Shown piece by piece: positions 50,052 to 61,900 of a DNA stretch of 64,000 nt; position 1 is the stretch's first letter, and each line of letters opens with the position of its first letter. Under the pieces are notes generated by a model that worked only from the letters and a program-made list of their open reading frames with translations, had not been told where the DNA came from and searched no databases. Source of the stretch: Eledone cirrhosa. Lineage: Eukaryota. The stretch covers positions 105,462,001 through 105,526,000 of the forward strand of contig OZ024742.1 of the NCBI GenBank assembly GCA_964016885.1, given 5' to 3'. Both the position numbers and the translations under genes were made by a program.

Positions 50052-50973
50052 TACTAGCCGAATTACCAGCGCCTTGCTGCGTTTCACACATTTTTTTGTA
50101 AGAAAATGATGACTGATTTTAAATCAGTGATATAATTTATGGAGAAAAACTCAATATTACTCAATGTAAAATATAATGCATGAAAAATTGGAAAACATCA
50201 TTTTTTGTAATATATCAAATCAAAATTGCATTATTAAATATTATTCTTATTTTGTTTCTTGTAAATAATTTTTTTCAAAATATCAATTGAAAACTTTTGT
50301 GAATAGGCATCATATCTTGTCATTTACCTATGGTTTAAGTTTCATATAAATCGAAAGGGAAAAGTTTTCAGCGGGGGTTTGTATCCCCGGGGAACCCTAA
50401 TAGGGGGTTTAACCACCATTAAGGTGTCTTATAGTATTGAAATTTTGTGAATAGGCATCATATCTCTTCATTTATCTATGGTTTGCATATAAATCGAACC
50501 GAAAAAATTTTCAGCGGGTATTTTGTGCCCCCTGGTTTAACCCCCATTAAGGTATTGTAATTTTATTGAAAAGGGAAAACATTTTCAGCAGGGTTTGTGC
50601 CACCGGTGAACCCTAATAGGGGGCTTAGTGTATTTTAATTTTATTGAAATTTGCTGAAATTTTGTGAATAGGCATCATATCTTGTCATTTACCTATGGTT
50701 TAAATTTCATATAAATCGAAGGTAAAGTTTTAGCGGCGGTTCTGTGACCCCGATGAACCCTTTGATTAACATGAAATATACTTATACAAGTACCCTGGGC
50801 AATGTAGTTTCAGAATATATATGGTTATGGGGGGTCTATCTCCAAAACCATTTATTGGCCAAACTTTTCACTATAGGGTGTCTTAATATTATTGAAATTT
50901 GCACACACATATATATATACACACAAACACACACACACATATATATATATTATATATATATATATATACACAA

Positions 50974-51038
<65 letters not shown>

Positions 51039-51110
51039 AACACACACACACACATATATATATATACATACACAAACACACACATACACAAACACACACA
51101 CATATTTATA
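50052..51110 (+). mobile_element. Putative non-autonomous Helitron-like element with internal repeats of roughly 150-200 bp and a CA/TA-rich end
   Basis: Starts TACTAGCCGAATTACCAGCGCCTTGCTGCG inside (TA)n; three copies of TTTTGTGAATAGGCATCATATC..ATAAATCGAA at about 50295, 50443 and 50660. Family call is from recalled resemblance only. Confidence 0.5.
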
Positions 51111-51371
51111 TCTTTTAGCAGAGCATTTTAATATTGCCACTCAATGAAAACCCTTTGTTTGTTTTGAATAAATGAATCTTGAAAATTAGGAGTGCCTGTC
51201 AGTGTGTATGTGTTTGTCTACTTAGCATCAATTTACTACCCTCCCCTACCACCAGAAATGTATAAATACCACCATATTACATTGACAGCCGGCTTTTCTG
51301 ATGATTTCCTCCGAATGAAACAGTTCTAGTCCTGTTGAAGCCATTTCTATATTAAATATATATATATATAC

Positions 51372-52010
51372 TCTTTTAGCTGTTCCAGCCATCCGGCTGA
51401 GACCATGATTGGGCACTGCCCTTGTTGCTACACATTCTATCTCCAGCCTGTGTTGGTTGGCCATTGATGTAAGGGAGTTCGTTGCTGCTGCCCTTAGGTT
51501 ACCTTCGTACCGTGATGTGGGCTCATCCGGGATCCTGGATAACAGGGTGTCGAGAAGTTTCTTGAAAATATCCACGGCCACACCATGTAGATCTCTCAAA
51601 TCCCTCGGCAGTTTGTTGAAGAGTTGAGGGCCTTTGAACCCCAGTCTACTGCAATATCTGCTTCTTGTTCTAGATGTGGAAGACGAGACCTTTGTCACCA
51701 CACAGTGACGTCCTGTTCGGGGGTTGGTCCCGCTCTCAATACCAAAGTTTGGCTAGTCCCTCCAGGATTTTCCATATGTATATCACTACGTATCTCTCCC
51801 GTCTTCGTTCCAAGGAGTAGAGTTTCAGTTCTTTTAGCCTCTCCCAGTAGCTCATCTCCTTCATCGTGCAATTCTCTTGGTGTAGCTTCGTTGGATTGTC
51901 TCAAGTTCCATGGTTAGTTTGATACTATGGGGTGACCACAGCTGGGAGCAATAGTCCAGACGGCTTAGGACAAATGGCCTTCATAGTATCAACATGGTCT
52001 CCCGGTCTCT
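51372..52010 (-). mobile_element. CR1/L2-like LINE 3' portion with 3' end
   Basis: Minus strand gives FVLSRLDYCSQLWSP..LERRRERY..YIWKIL..GPQLFNKLPRDLR..FKKLLD..L..IPDEP; ends in (TA)n. Confidence 0.85.
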
Positions 52011-53279
52011 TATATAGAAAACCTCAAATAAAAAGTCAAGATTTGTTTCGATTTAACAGAGCAGAAAGAATTCGCGTCAGAATATTCCAACCAATCCAGC
52101 CTATATCAGCTGAATAAATATGTATATGGAGATATATATATACACACCCACATGCACATATATATATATACACACACACGCACGCACACACACATATATA
52201 TACACACACACACATACATACACGCATGCATGCATACATGATGGCTGCCCCCTCGTTATCGAGTATGACCATTGCACGATATACCATTATTAATAATTAT
52301 TAATTAATTCTATCGTGCAATGCCTGTGCATGAAGATATTTTTTTAAATGTGGAAAGACTGTGCACTGAGCCAATCCCACTCTCTGGTTTTATATCGAAG
52401 TTATCCCAGTTTACTGAGTTGCCTTCTAGAAGAATGCCCTGACAAAGGCTAGGGGCCCTTCACTCCCAGTGGTTTAACCGCGCAATCGGGTGTCCAGCCC
52501 GATTATTTATATGTCCCCGCGCATGTAAATACACATGCACCCATGTATATACACATATACATATACATATACATACATGTACATGTGTATATACATATTT
52601 ACACACTTTTGGATGGCCGTTGACTCTTATGAGATCTTCCGCCCTTTGTCAGGTTTTGTTTTTTGTCCTGCAGGGTGTCCAAAATTACCCTCCTCACCAA
52701 GTCAACTTGGTGGGGTTGCCGGTTTAGTCGCCGACGACTCGACCATGCGACAGGTTGTACTGGGTTACATGTTACCAATAGCACTCAAGAGTGACCCGAC
52801 ATACATACATACATACTACATAATGGCTGCAAACTCGTGTTAAAGTATTGTCATCGCCCGATAAAATGTTCAAAAATGTGAAGCACAAATGTGACTCTTT
52901 AAACCAGCCAAATACTTGCACCGTTTGGCACACACATGGCAACTTTAGGCTCCCCCGAAACCTTCCATTGCTTTGTTCTGGCTGTATGTTCACATGTATC
53001 TTTTAAGACCTCCCATGCTTAATTAACAATGGTATATATACTATCTACCATTGTTAATTAAATATTATCTACACAAACAATGTATTCCTTGTTACATTCA
53101 TACAACCCAGTACTCTCGCTATAGTTCGATTTTTTGGAATTTATTTAACAAACATGGAAAAATAAGAAAAAGAATAAAATAAAAAATAATTTGATTGCCT
53201 TTAATAAAGAAGATAAATAGAGTGGAACTGATTTCCAGGTCATACTAATGAAACAAGGTTTTTTTCCATTACTGATATT

Positions 53280-53427
53280 ATCTGTCTGCCGCAAGTCCTG
53301 GTAGAAGATGCTACACGAACTAAAGTATTTTACTGAAGGACGCAACATGCTTCAGGATCGAAGAAACGAGCCCATGACTTTATAATGGTTAGTCCAGTAC
53401 CGTAACCCCTAAGGCATGTGCCTTCAC
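53280..53427 (-). mobile_element. Degenerate tRNA-SINE head
   Basis: Ends ..AACCCCTAAGGCATGTGCCTTC, similar to 49017-49038. Confidence 0.45.
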
Positions 53428-53736
53428 AGAGGAAAGGTAAATCATATTATAACAGATTAGATGGGTACTATGTTAGGTATTACTATGTGTCATATTATAC
53501 CAAAGAGGAAGTGTGCTGTATAATAAACATTGATATCAGGTTGATTCAATAACTACCCGGTCCCAAATATGAACCCATGAACTTATGGTCGTCAGTCAAA
53601 CACTTTAACCATTGTATGTATGTATGTATACAGGTATGGATGGATGGATGTATGTATGTGTGTATACATACATGTATGTATGGATGGATGTATGCATGTA
53701 TGTATACATGTATATATGTAAGTATGTATGCGTGTA

Positions 53737-54418
53737 TGAGAACAACTGGAAGGACTTCAAAAGCTCGGTTTATGAGGCTTCAGCAGAGGTCCTTGGCTTT
53801 GTCACAAGAAAACAAGGACTGGTTTGATGAGAATGACCAGGAGGTCAAGGCTCTGCTAAACAGAAAACAAAAGGCACTTGATGCAGTTCTTAAAGATGGT
53901 AGCTCTGTTGGTGACAATTATGAGCGTTACAGACAGGTAAAGAAGGAAGTGCAGGTGAAACTCAGGGCTATGCAAAATACCTGGTGGAGCAACAAAGCAG
54001 ATGAAGTTCAAGTGGCATCTGACGGCAACAATGTGAAACTGCCGCACTTTCTACTCACAGAGGTGTATGGCCCTTTCAGCTCTCCAGTGGCCCCTTTGAG
54101 ATCGAAAGATGGCAAGCAATTACTGCGCGACCCAAAAGACACTCGACAGATAGAGAGATCACTTTGATGAGCTCTTAAACCAGCCATCCCAGGTTGATGA
54201 TGATTTCATTTGTTCCATTCCTATTGAACCAGTGAAGCATATGAGATGGCTAATGTATCCTCTCTTGCAGAGGGGACTTCTGTTGTGCATAAGCTGAACT
54301 GTGGTACGTCTCCTGGTATGGATGGTCTGAGTGGAGCGGTTTTGAAGTGTGGTGGTGAAAACATCACGCAGCGCCTGACTGACCTCATGAAAATGGTGTG
54401 GGAAGATGAGAATGTCCC
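53737..54418 (+). mobile_element. Fragment of a different (BovB-like) RTE LINE, linker between APE and RT
   Basis: DWFDENDQEVKALL..LRAMQNTWWSNKADEVQ..VYGP..PLRSKDG; SPGMDGL..VLKCGG..L..VWEDENVP; frameshifted. Confidence 0.85.
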
Positions 54419-54485
54419 ACTACTAACTTTGCTTCATTCTATCATCTATTTCTTTGAGATGATAGAATGAAGCAAAGTTAGTAGT
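54419..54485. repeat. Perfect 29-bp inverted repeat with 9-nt loop
   Basis: ACTACTAACTTTGCTTCATTCTATCATCT-atttctttg-AGATGATAGAATGAAGCAAAGTTAGTAGT. Confidence 0.97.
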
Positions 54486-54739
54486 TACCGTTTTGATTGC
54501 CAGGCAAACGTGGCTGGCAGAAGACGCCTGGCGAAAGCCAGGCGCCGGAAGGGCAATGAGAGGGAGAGAGCCGAAGGCTATTCGTTTTATAGGGCTCTGA
54601 CCGGAAGTTACAGAAAGGGTTCTACTTCCCGTCTAGATGTTAATTTATCGGGGTTGTGAGTCACAACAAGGGAGACAACCGCTACAGAACTAAATTGAAA
54701 TTTTGTAATAAAATGTCCATAAAAGTTAATGTTTACAAT

Positions 54740-55050
54740 ACAATAAAATGTATTAAAGTCGACGAAATGTGGACCTTCATTTTTGAAAGATGGATAATGC
54801 TATAAGCAGACCTTACAATATTGTACCACAATTTTCCTTTGTGCAAAAGTGGGCAGCCGAATTTAGGAAAGGATAGGGGATTCTTGAAGATGACCCAATG
54901 TCTGGACGTCCTACAACTGCCACTACCGAGGAAAACATTGATCTCAGTACTGCAACACCGATGGAAGAAGTGTGTGGAACGCAAGGGAGACTATGTTGAA
55001 AAATAAACCTCATTTGGTCACATTCCATGAGAGTATCTTGGTCAACCCTC
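54740..55050 (+). mobile_element. Internally deleted Tc1/mariner transposon remnant
   Basis: VQKWAAEF..LEDDP.SGRPTTATTEENID joined directly to LQHRWKKCVERKGDYVEK*, the typical mariner N-terminal linker and C-terminus. Confidence 0.85.
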
Positions 55051-55088
55051 GTATCTATGCGCAATATACGTAAAGATACAGAATTGCG

Positions 55089-55477
55089 GGCACTACAACG
55101 CTATTACAACGCTATCATATTTGTTGGTGAAAAAAATTTGATTATAAAACTTAAATTTATGAATGACTTGTTTTCTACATTGATAACAATGACTTGTTTT
55201 CTAATTAACTTAAATTTGTTTTCTAATTTGGCCCTTTTAAGGGCCACCTATAATTTCATTTAAGTAACTCCACTTATATCGATATGCTTTATAACCATGA
55301 CTTGTTTTCTATTTGTTTTCTAATTTGGCCCTTTTATGTCTTCCCCCTCTCTCTCTCAAAAAAACGTGTGAAAACTCCACTTACGCGTGGTAGTAATAGA
55401 GAAATAAACGATGTTGACGAGTGACGTCACCTTCGCCTGTTTTCCACTGGACTGACAGCTAATAGCGTTGTAGTGCC
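55089..55477. mobile_element. MITE-like unit with perfect 18-bp inverted ends
   Basis: GGCACTACAACGCTATTA (55089-106) and TAATAGCGTTGTAGTGCC (55460-77). Confidence 0.6.
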
Positions 55478-56016
55478 ATAATTTTAATTCAGTTAATTCA
55501 GGGCCAAATTGTTAATGGAATTAACCATCGGGATCTTTCCATCGCTGTCGCTACTACAGCGGATACCATCAATCTCCATGGGGACTGTATCCATGGTTTT
55601 GAATAAGGTTGGTGAAAAAAATTTGTTTTCTAAACATTTCTTCATAAAGGGTTGGTGAAAAAAATTTGATAACCATAAATTTGTTTTCTAATTTGGCCCT
55701 TTTAAGGGCCACCTATATTTTCATTTAAGTTAACTCCACTGTTGGTGAAAATGACTTGTTTTCTACATTAATAATCATGACTATGAAAATATAGTTCATG
55801 GTATTAGCTGCCAGAAGTAACTCCACTGTTGGTGAAAATGCCTTGTTTTCTACATTGCCTCCATGCTTCCTGAGATCCACCAACACTACAGCTAACACAT
55901 ACACACATGTACTTCCCTGACATTTGTGTATTATTCTATGTACTATACATACACCTTTGACGAGTTGTAGTGCACCTGAGTACTTTACACAATAATTTCA
56001 TTATTATTATAACCAT

Positions 56017-56204
56017 GGCGGTGGATTGGCAGTATCAGTGGAGGGTCGGACGCCATGCTTTCCAGCATAGTTACGGCTCTTGCCATTCTGAGTTCAAATC
56101 CCGCCGAGGTTGACTTTGCCTTTCATCCTTACGGGGTCGATAAAATAAAGTACCAGTAATGCACTGGGTAATTGCTGGCCTTGTGCCTAAAGTAGAAACA
56201 ATTG
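56017..56204 (+). mobile_element. Second tRNA-derived SINE family, full copy with TSD
   Basis: B box GAGTTCAAATCC, body GCCTTTCATCCTTACGGGGTCGATAAAATAAAGTACCAG; TSD TTATTATAACCATG at 56004-17 and 56205-18. Confidence 0.85.
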
Positions 56205-56559
56205 TTATTATAACCATGACTATGAAAATATAAATGATTAAATCCAATTTATTTGATAACCATGACTTGTTTTCTAATTAACTTAAATTTGTTTTCTAAT
56301 TTGGCCCTTTTAAGGGCCACCTATATTTTCATTTAAGTAACTCCACTTACATCGATATGCTTTAATAAAAAAAACGCGTGATATTTTCATTTAAGTAACT
56401 CCACTTACATCTATATGCTTTAATAAAAAAAACAAAAAACTCCACTTACGCGTGGTAGTAATACGGAAATAAACGATGTTTTGCTTTCATCGGCTGCTTT
56501 CGATTAAACACTTACAGACTTGTAACTAGCCAGTTGACAAATATGCGTTGATAACAGTA

Positions 56560-56676
56560 AGTGTATCGGAAGCAGCCAAACTTTGTTACTAAGGAAGTGA
56601 CGTTAAAAACTCAACCGCCATACCGCTAATTTTAAACTTTTCCATCAAGTTCGTGTTCTATCATTATCTGGTAAGC
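56560..56676 (+). promoter_or_regulatory. Candidate housekeeping-type promoter and non-coding first exon
   Basis: CGGAAG at 56567, GGAAGTGACGT (ETS+CRE half-site) 56593-603, CCGCCAT (YY1-like) 56615-21, donor CTG|GTAAGC at 56670/71. Confidence 0.35.
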
Positions 56677-56807
56677 TTTCTCAACAAGTATTTTTAACCT
56701 ATTTCTATTTAAAAAAAAAAAATTGTATTATATCGAAAAATATATTTGTTATTTTGTGGAAATTTTTGACATAAATTTATAACATTATTTTGCTTTTATT
56801 ATTTCTT

Positions 56808-56912
56808 AAATCCCGCCGAGGTTGACTTTGCCTTTCATCCTTACGGGGTCGATAAAATAAAGTACCAGTAATGCACTGGGTAATTGCTGGCCTTGTGCCT
56901 AACGTAGAAACA
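56808..56912 (+). mobile_element. 5'-truncated copy of the second SINE family with TSD
   Basis: Nearly identical to 56096-56203; TSD ATTATTTCTTAAA at 56798-810 and 56913-25. Confidence 0.88.
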
Positions 56913-58739
56913 ATTATTTCTTAAAGTTTAGTATAGTTTTTTCGTAACATATTTTTCATCACCGCATTTCTCTGGTCAATTTCTATTGATTTGTAGTATA
57001 TTGTTAATTATTTAATGATATATCAGAATTGGTTATGGCGCTAACTTATAATTACAGACAAAAATCATAGTTGCTCCAACTGCTTCTGTCATTTGGCTAA
57101 TGTTTATATGCATCTCCCGTAATTCACTGGTTTTGTTGTTTCTATTGCTGTTAACATAGATTGCTATTTATGTGAATTAGAACCACTAATTTATTCTACG
57201 GCACTATTTTCTATGATATTTATAAAAAGGAAGTTTGTTTGTTTGGGAGGTTTTACTGCTCTTTCTAGCAGTTACTGCTGGTTTATACATTCATATAATT
57301 TCTCTCTATATCTCTCTCACTCTATTTCTCTTTCTTTCTGTCTCGCATTTGCTCTTTCTCTCTTTGTATATTTTTCTCCCCCCTCTCTATATATATATTT
57401 TCTCCATCAAATTTGTAACCGATGCTAGAATAATCTTTTCCGTTTTTTTAATGTATTTTCTTTTTTTACATTCCATTCTTTCTTAATTCTTTTTCTTTTA
57501 AATTATGTATCCTTATTTACAATTGTATACATTTATAGTTGAATAACATTACAAATATGTTTTAAATATATACATAAATCTAGAAGTTTTATCATAGTTG
57601 TATAAATTTACAGTAGAATAACGTTGCAAATATATCTTAAATATATACATAAATAACATGACAAATGCGTAAATAACACCAAAAATTACTCGCAAGAAGG
57701 ACAAATATGTCTTTCAGGCAAGCCTACACGCTCGTAGCATTACCACAGGTGATAGCGAGGCTAAAGCGCTGAAATAACCAGGCACCGTCACGGGCATCAC
57801 TGGACATCTCAGTAGAGGCGAGCGGCCAACGAAGACAAGAACTTCGCTGTCAGTGGCCCAACTCCACCAATAACATTAGAAATTGCTCGCAAAAGCCATG
57901 TATAAAAATATAATATAATTCATTGAAAAAGCAATTTCCAAAAATCCTTCATCAACACTTCGTTAAAATTCATGTATTTGTCTTTGTCAAGGCGTTCTCT
58001 CTCTGACCATACTATGGCCGACTGTAAAAGAGAAAAAAACACCGTGTTCGGCCGGCCCCTTGTATCAAGAAAAGAAAATCTTTTTCGGGGAAGATTTTGA
58101 ATATTTTTTAAATTTAAAGATTTTTTTTATTTATCAATGGGTTAGTAGCAGTAAGATTATGTGGCAGCCACTGGTAAAGTTTAGACATCTTTCCCAGTCG
58201 TGTGATATTTATTGAACACTTTTGCCAATTTTTGTGCAGTGCAGTTTATGATTTTCTTTGACCGCATTACGTAAAAGCTCAAGATTAAGAGAACTGAAAT
58301 TGTTTAAACCATTGTTGGCATGTTCGGACAGTTGGAGTTTCATTGTTATAGGCAGAACGAATACTCCTTGCCACGTCTTATGCTGGCGAATCCTTTTTGT
58401 ATTCATACAGCATACATATCTTATATATGACTGATCAGCACTCATTCTAGAGGGGTCAAATTGTATAATATTAAGCAATATAACATTAAATCTGAAAATA
58501 ACATGAAAAGCTTATATTGCAGTCAGTATTGAAACTGTGTCTTCAAAGTCATGTCTAAAATGCGACAGGACTTTGCATCCAACATCATCATCCGTAATTT
58601 CTCATTCTATTTTATGATGGACTAGCGACTAAAACGTTAAGACTCTTTCCCTACTATATCAAACTTAAAACTAATAATATATTTCTTCATTGTACTGTGT
58701 CGTTTTTGTTATTTCTGTTTGCCTTTTGCATATCCACAC

Positions 58740-58928
58740 TCTAGGTGTCACAAAAAGCATCCAGTCCACGCTGTAAAGTGGTCGTGTTGTGTTGGTGACA
58801 ATAAAAAGTGCCCGCCCACTGTAAAGTGGTCATGTAGGTGTCATGACAAAAAAGCACCCAGTCCACACTGTAAAGTCGTGTAGGTATCAACAAAAAGTAC
58901 CCAGTACACACACACTGTAATTGTGGTT
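58740..58928 (+). mobile_element. Older RTE-tail/SINE fragment (about 50-bp subrepeats x4), continued at 62441-62527
   Basis: ..CACTGTAATTGTGGTT resumes as GTAATGTGGTTGGTGTTAGGAAAAGCATCCAGC beyond the intact LINE. Confidence 0.8.
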
Positions 58929-61900
58929 CATCATCATCATCACCGTTTTACGTCCGTTCTTCCACGCTAGCATGGGTTAGACGGGTTGTCCTGTTGTGGG
59001 CAGTGTCTGGTCGGCTGACCATGCCTTGCTTATACAGGAACTGATCTGGCTTGATTTCTACAGCTGGATGCCCTTCCTAACACCAACCTCATTTACAGTG
59101 AGTGCTGGGTGCTTTTTCGTGGCGCCTACACGTCCACTTTACAGTGTGGGCTGGGTGCTTTTTTGCCGTGGCACCTCCACGACCACCTTGCGGTGGGGGC
59201 ATATTGTTTATATGCTTCAGCATGTACCCATGGGAGGTCGGGTACCCTGTATTACTGCGTGACGCCAGAAGTCACGGTCGTGTGTCTTTGAGAGGTGTAG
59301 TTGGGTAAGGTCGGCTTTTATCACCTCATCCCAAGTCATCTTGGGTCTCCCCACTCCGCGGTTTCCATCAACTTCTAGTGCTCTGCACCTTTTTATGCAG
59401 CTGTCATCCTTCATACGCATCACATGTCCATACCAGCGTAACCGCCTCTCCTGCACGCAGCATTTGATTCCTCTTATGCTCAGTCTCTCTCTCAATTCCT
59501 TTATGCTTTGTCGTTCACGTATATTACTGTTACACATCCATCGGAGCATGCAGGCTTCGTTTCTCTCTAATCTACGTAAGTCTTCCACCTTCAGCGCCCA
59601 GGTCTCACTACCATGTAACATTGCTGTTCGGATACACGCATCATACAGTCTGCCTTTCATTCTGAGGGAGAAGCCTTTTGCAGCTAGCAGTGGTAGTAGT
59701 TCCCTAAACTTCTTCCATCCCGTTCTTACCCTAGTTATTGTACTTTCTGAGCACCCACCTCCGTTGCTAATTCGGTCACCTAGGTAGCAGAAGCTGTCTA
59801 CTGTTTCTACAGGGCCCTCCCAGAGATTGGTGGTACTTGTTTCCTGTGGCTGTTTGCTTGCTGTTTCAGCACAGCTGCTGCATGTGAATCCTACATTCTT
59901 AATTAAGCTTCCTGAGATCCCGCTACATCTCTTGTGTACCCATTGTTTGCATTTGGGGCAGAGAATGGAGTTCCTACCTACACCTTTCCTACATACTGAG
60001 CAAGGCCATTTCCCTGAGGGGATCTGGGTTCTGTTTTCTCGTCTACTTACAAGGACCTTAGTCTTTGTCATGTTGACTTTGAGGCCCTTTCTCTCTAGTC
60101 CCTGCTTCCAGGTTTGGAATTTATTCTCTAGTTCTACCATAGATTCAGCTATGAGTGCGAGGTCATCAGCATACAGGAGTTCCCATGGGCATCCGGTCTT
60201 AAACTCCTCCGTTATTGCCTGCAGGACTATGATGAACAGGAGAGGGCTAAGAACAGAGCCCTGGTGGACCCCAACCTGTATGCTAAATTCCTCGCTATAC
60301 TCATTGCTAATCCTAACTTTGCTGACTGCTCCCCTATACATGGCTTGTACCGCTTTCACAAGCCATTCATCTACTCCTAGTTTTCTAAGAGCCCACCAGA
60401 TTACTGCACGTGGAACTCTGTCAAAGGCTTTCTCAAGGTCGACAAATGCCAAGTAGAGTGGCTTACTTTTAGCTAGGTACTTTTCCTGTAATTGCCTCAC
60501 AAGGAAGAGGGCATCAGTGGTGCCTTTCCCTGGTACAAACCCAAATTGCATCTCGTTTATATTCACCCGGTCCCTAATCAGCTGTGCTATAACTCTTTCT
60601 GTTACTTTCATGACCTGGTCCATCAACTTTATACCTCTATAGTTTCCTCTATCTAGTGTATCGCCTTTACCTTTGTAGCAGTTGACAATGATGCTACTGC
60701 ACCAATCTTTTGGTATGGCCCCTTCTAGTATTACCTGGTTAACGATACGTGTGGTTATAGTGTGACCTACAGACCCAGATGCCTTCAGCATCTCGGCAGC
60801 TATACTCGATGGACCGGTTGCCTTCCCCATCTTCATATCTCTGATTGCCTTACTTACTACGCTGCCGCTGACTTGTACTACTGGTCCCTCTATAGGGTCT
60901 ACATGGGGTAGGGTCTCTTCTTCCCATGCATTCTCCTCATTTAGTAATCTATCATAATGACTCTTCCATGCATCTTTCTTCTCAGCACTTGTGAGGGCAA
61001 GCTCACCTTTATCATTCCGGATACACTTCTCTCCAATGACATCACAACTATCTCTGACACACTGCCTCGCAATCTTGAATACCTCCTGTTTCTGGTCCTC
61101 ACGTTGTAAAACATGCTTGAATTTTCTATCCTCTGCTTCCCTCCTAGCTAAGTATACTTGTCGCCTAGCTTCCCTCTTGGTCTCTATGTAATGTACCCTG
61201 CTCCCCCCGTTCTTCCATTCTTTCCATGCCTGTCTCTTGGCCTTGACTGCTTCATCTACCTTATTGTTCCACCACCAAGTCACTCTCCTCCTGCTTGAGG
61301 TCTTACTCCAGCCACAAACCTCATCCGTCGCCTCTAGTAAGTTATTTTTTAGGAACTCCCAGTTCTCTTCTACGTTAAATGTCTCTATCTGTTCTTCTTT
61401 ACTGTCGTAGGCGTTGAGTAAAATATCTTTAAATCTGTTACTGGTTGAGGGGACTTTCAGCTTCCAGATCTTTCTTCTCCAGGTTGGCCTCTGTTTCCGG
61501 GTTCGTCTAGTTCTGACCGTGAGGTCGCTGACAACTAAGCTATGTTGGGATGTACATTCCTCACTAGGGAAGGCTTTTGTGTTTACGACCGTCCATCTGT
61601 CACGTCCTCTGATGAGGATAAAATCTAACTGACTAGAGTGCTCCCCTGATCTATAGGTGATCAGGTGGTTGTCGGGTTTTTTAAAGTTTGTGTTACATAT
61701 CGACATGTCATTGGCGTCGCAGAATTCTAGAAGTCTGAATCCTTCCTCATTCCTTGTGCCAACTCCATGGCCTCCATGTACTCTATTGAAGCCGTTGCAG
61801 TGTTTACCTACGTGTCCGTTAAAATCTCCTGCAATGATTAGGAAGTCCTTGTCGTCTGTTAGAGCAGTAGTGTGTATTAGGGACTCGTAAAACCTATCCT

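Noticed and set aside
51290-51335. Hammerhead-like CUGAUGA-U-UUC(CUCC)GAA-U-GAAA
   Set aside because: Stem II forms but stems I and III do not; not supportable without a family consensus.
57700-58620. Possible coding or transposase remnant (ORF 58209-58478, minus strand)
   Set aside because: No recognisable motif and the frame is interrupted upstream; needs a BLASTX search.
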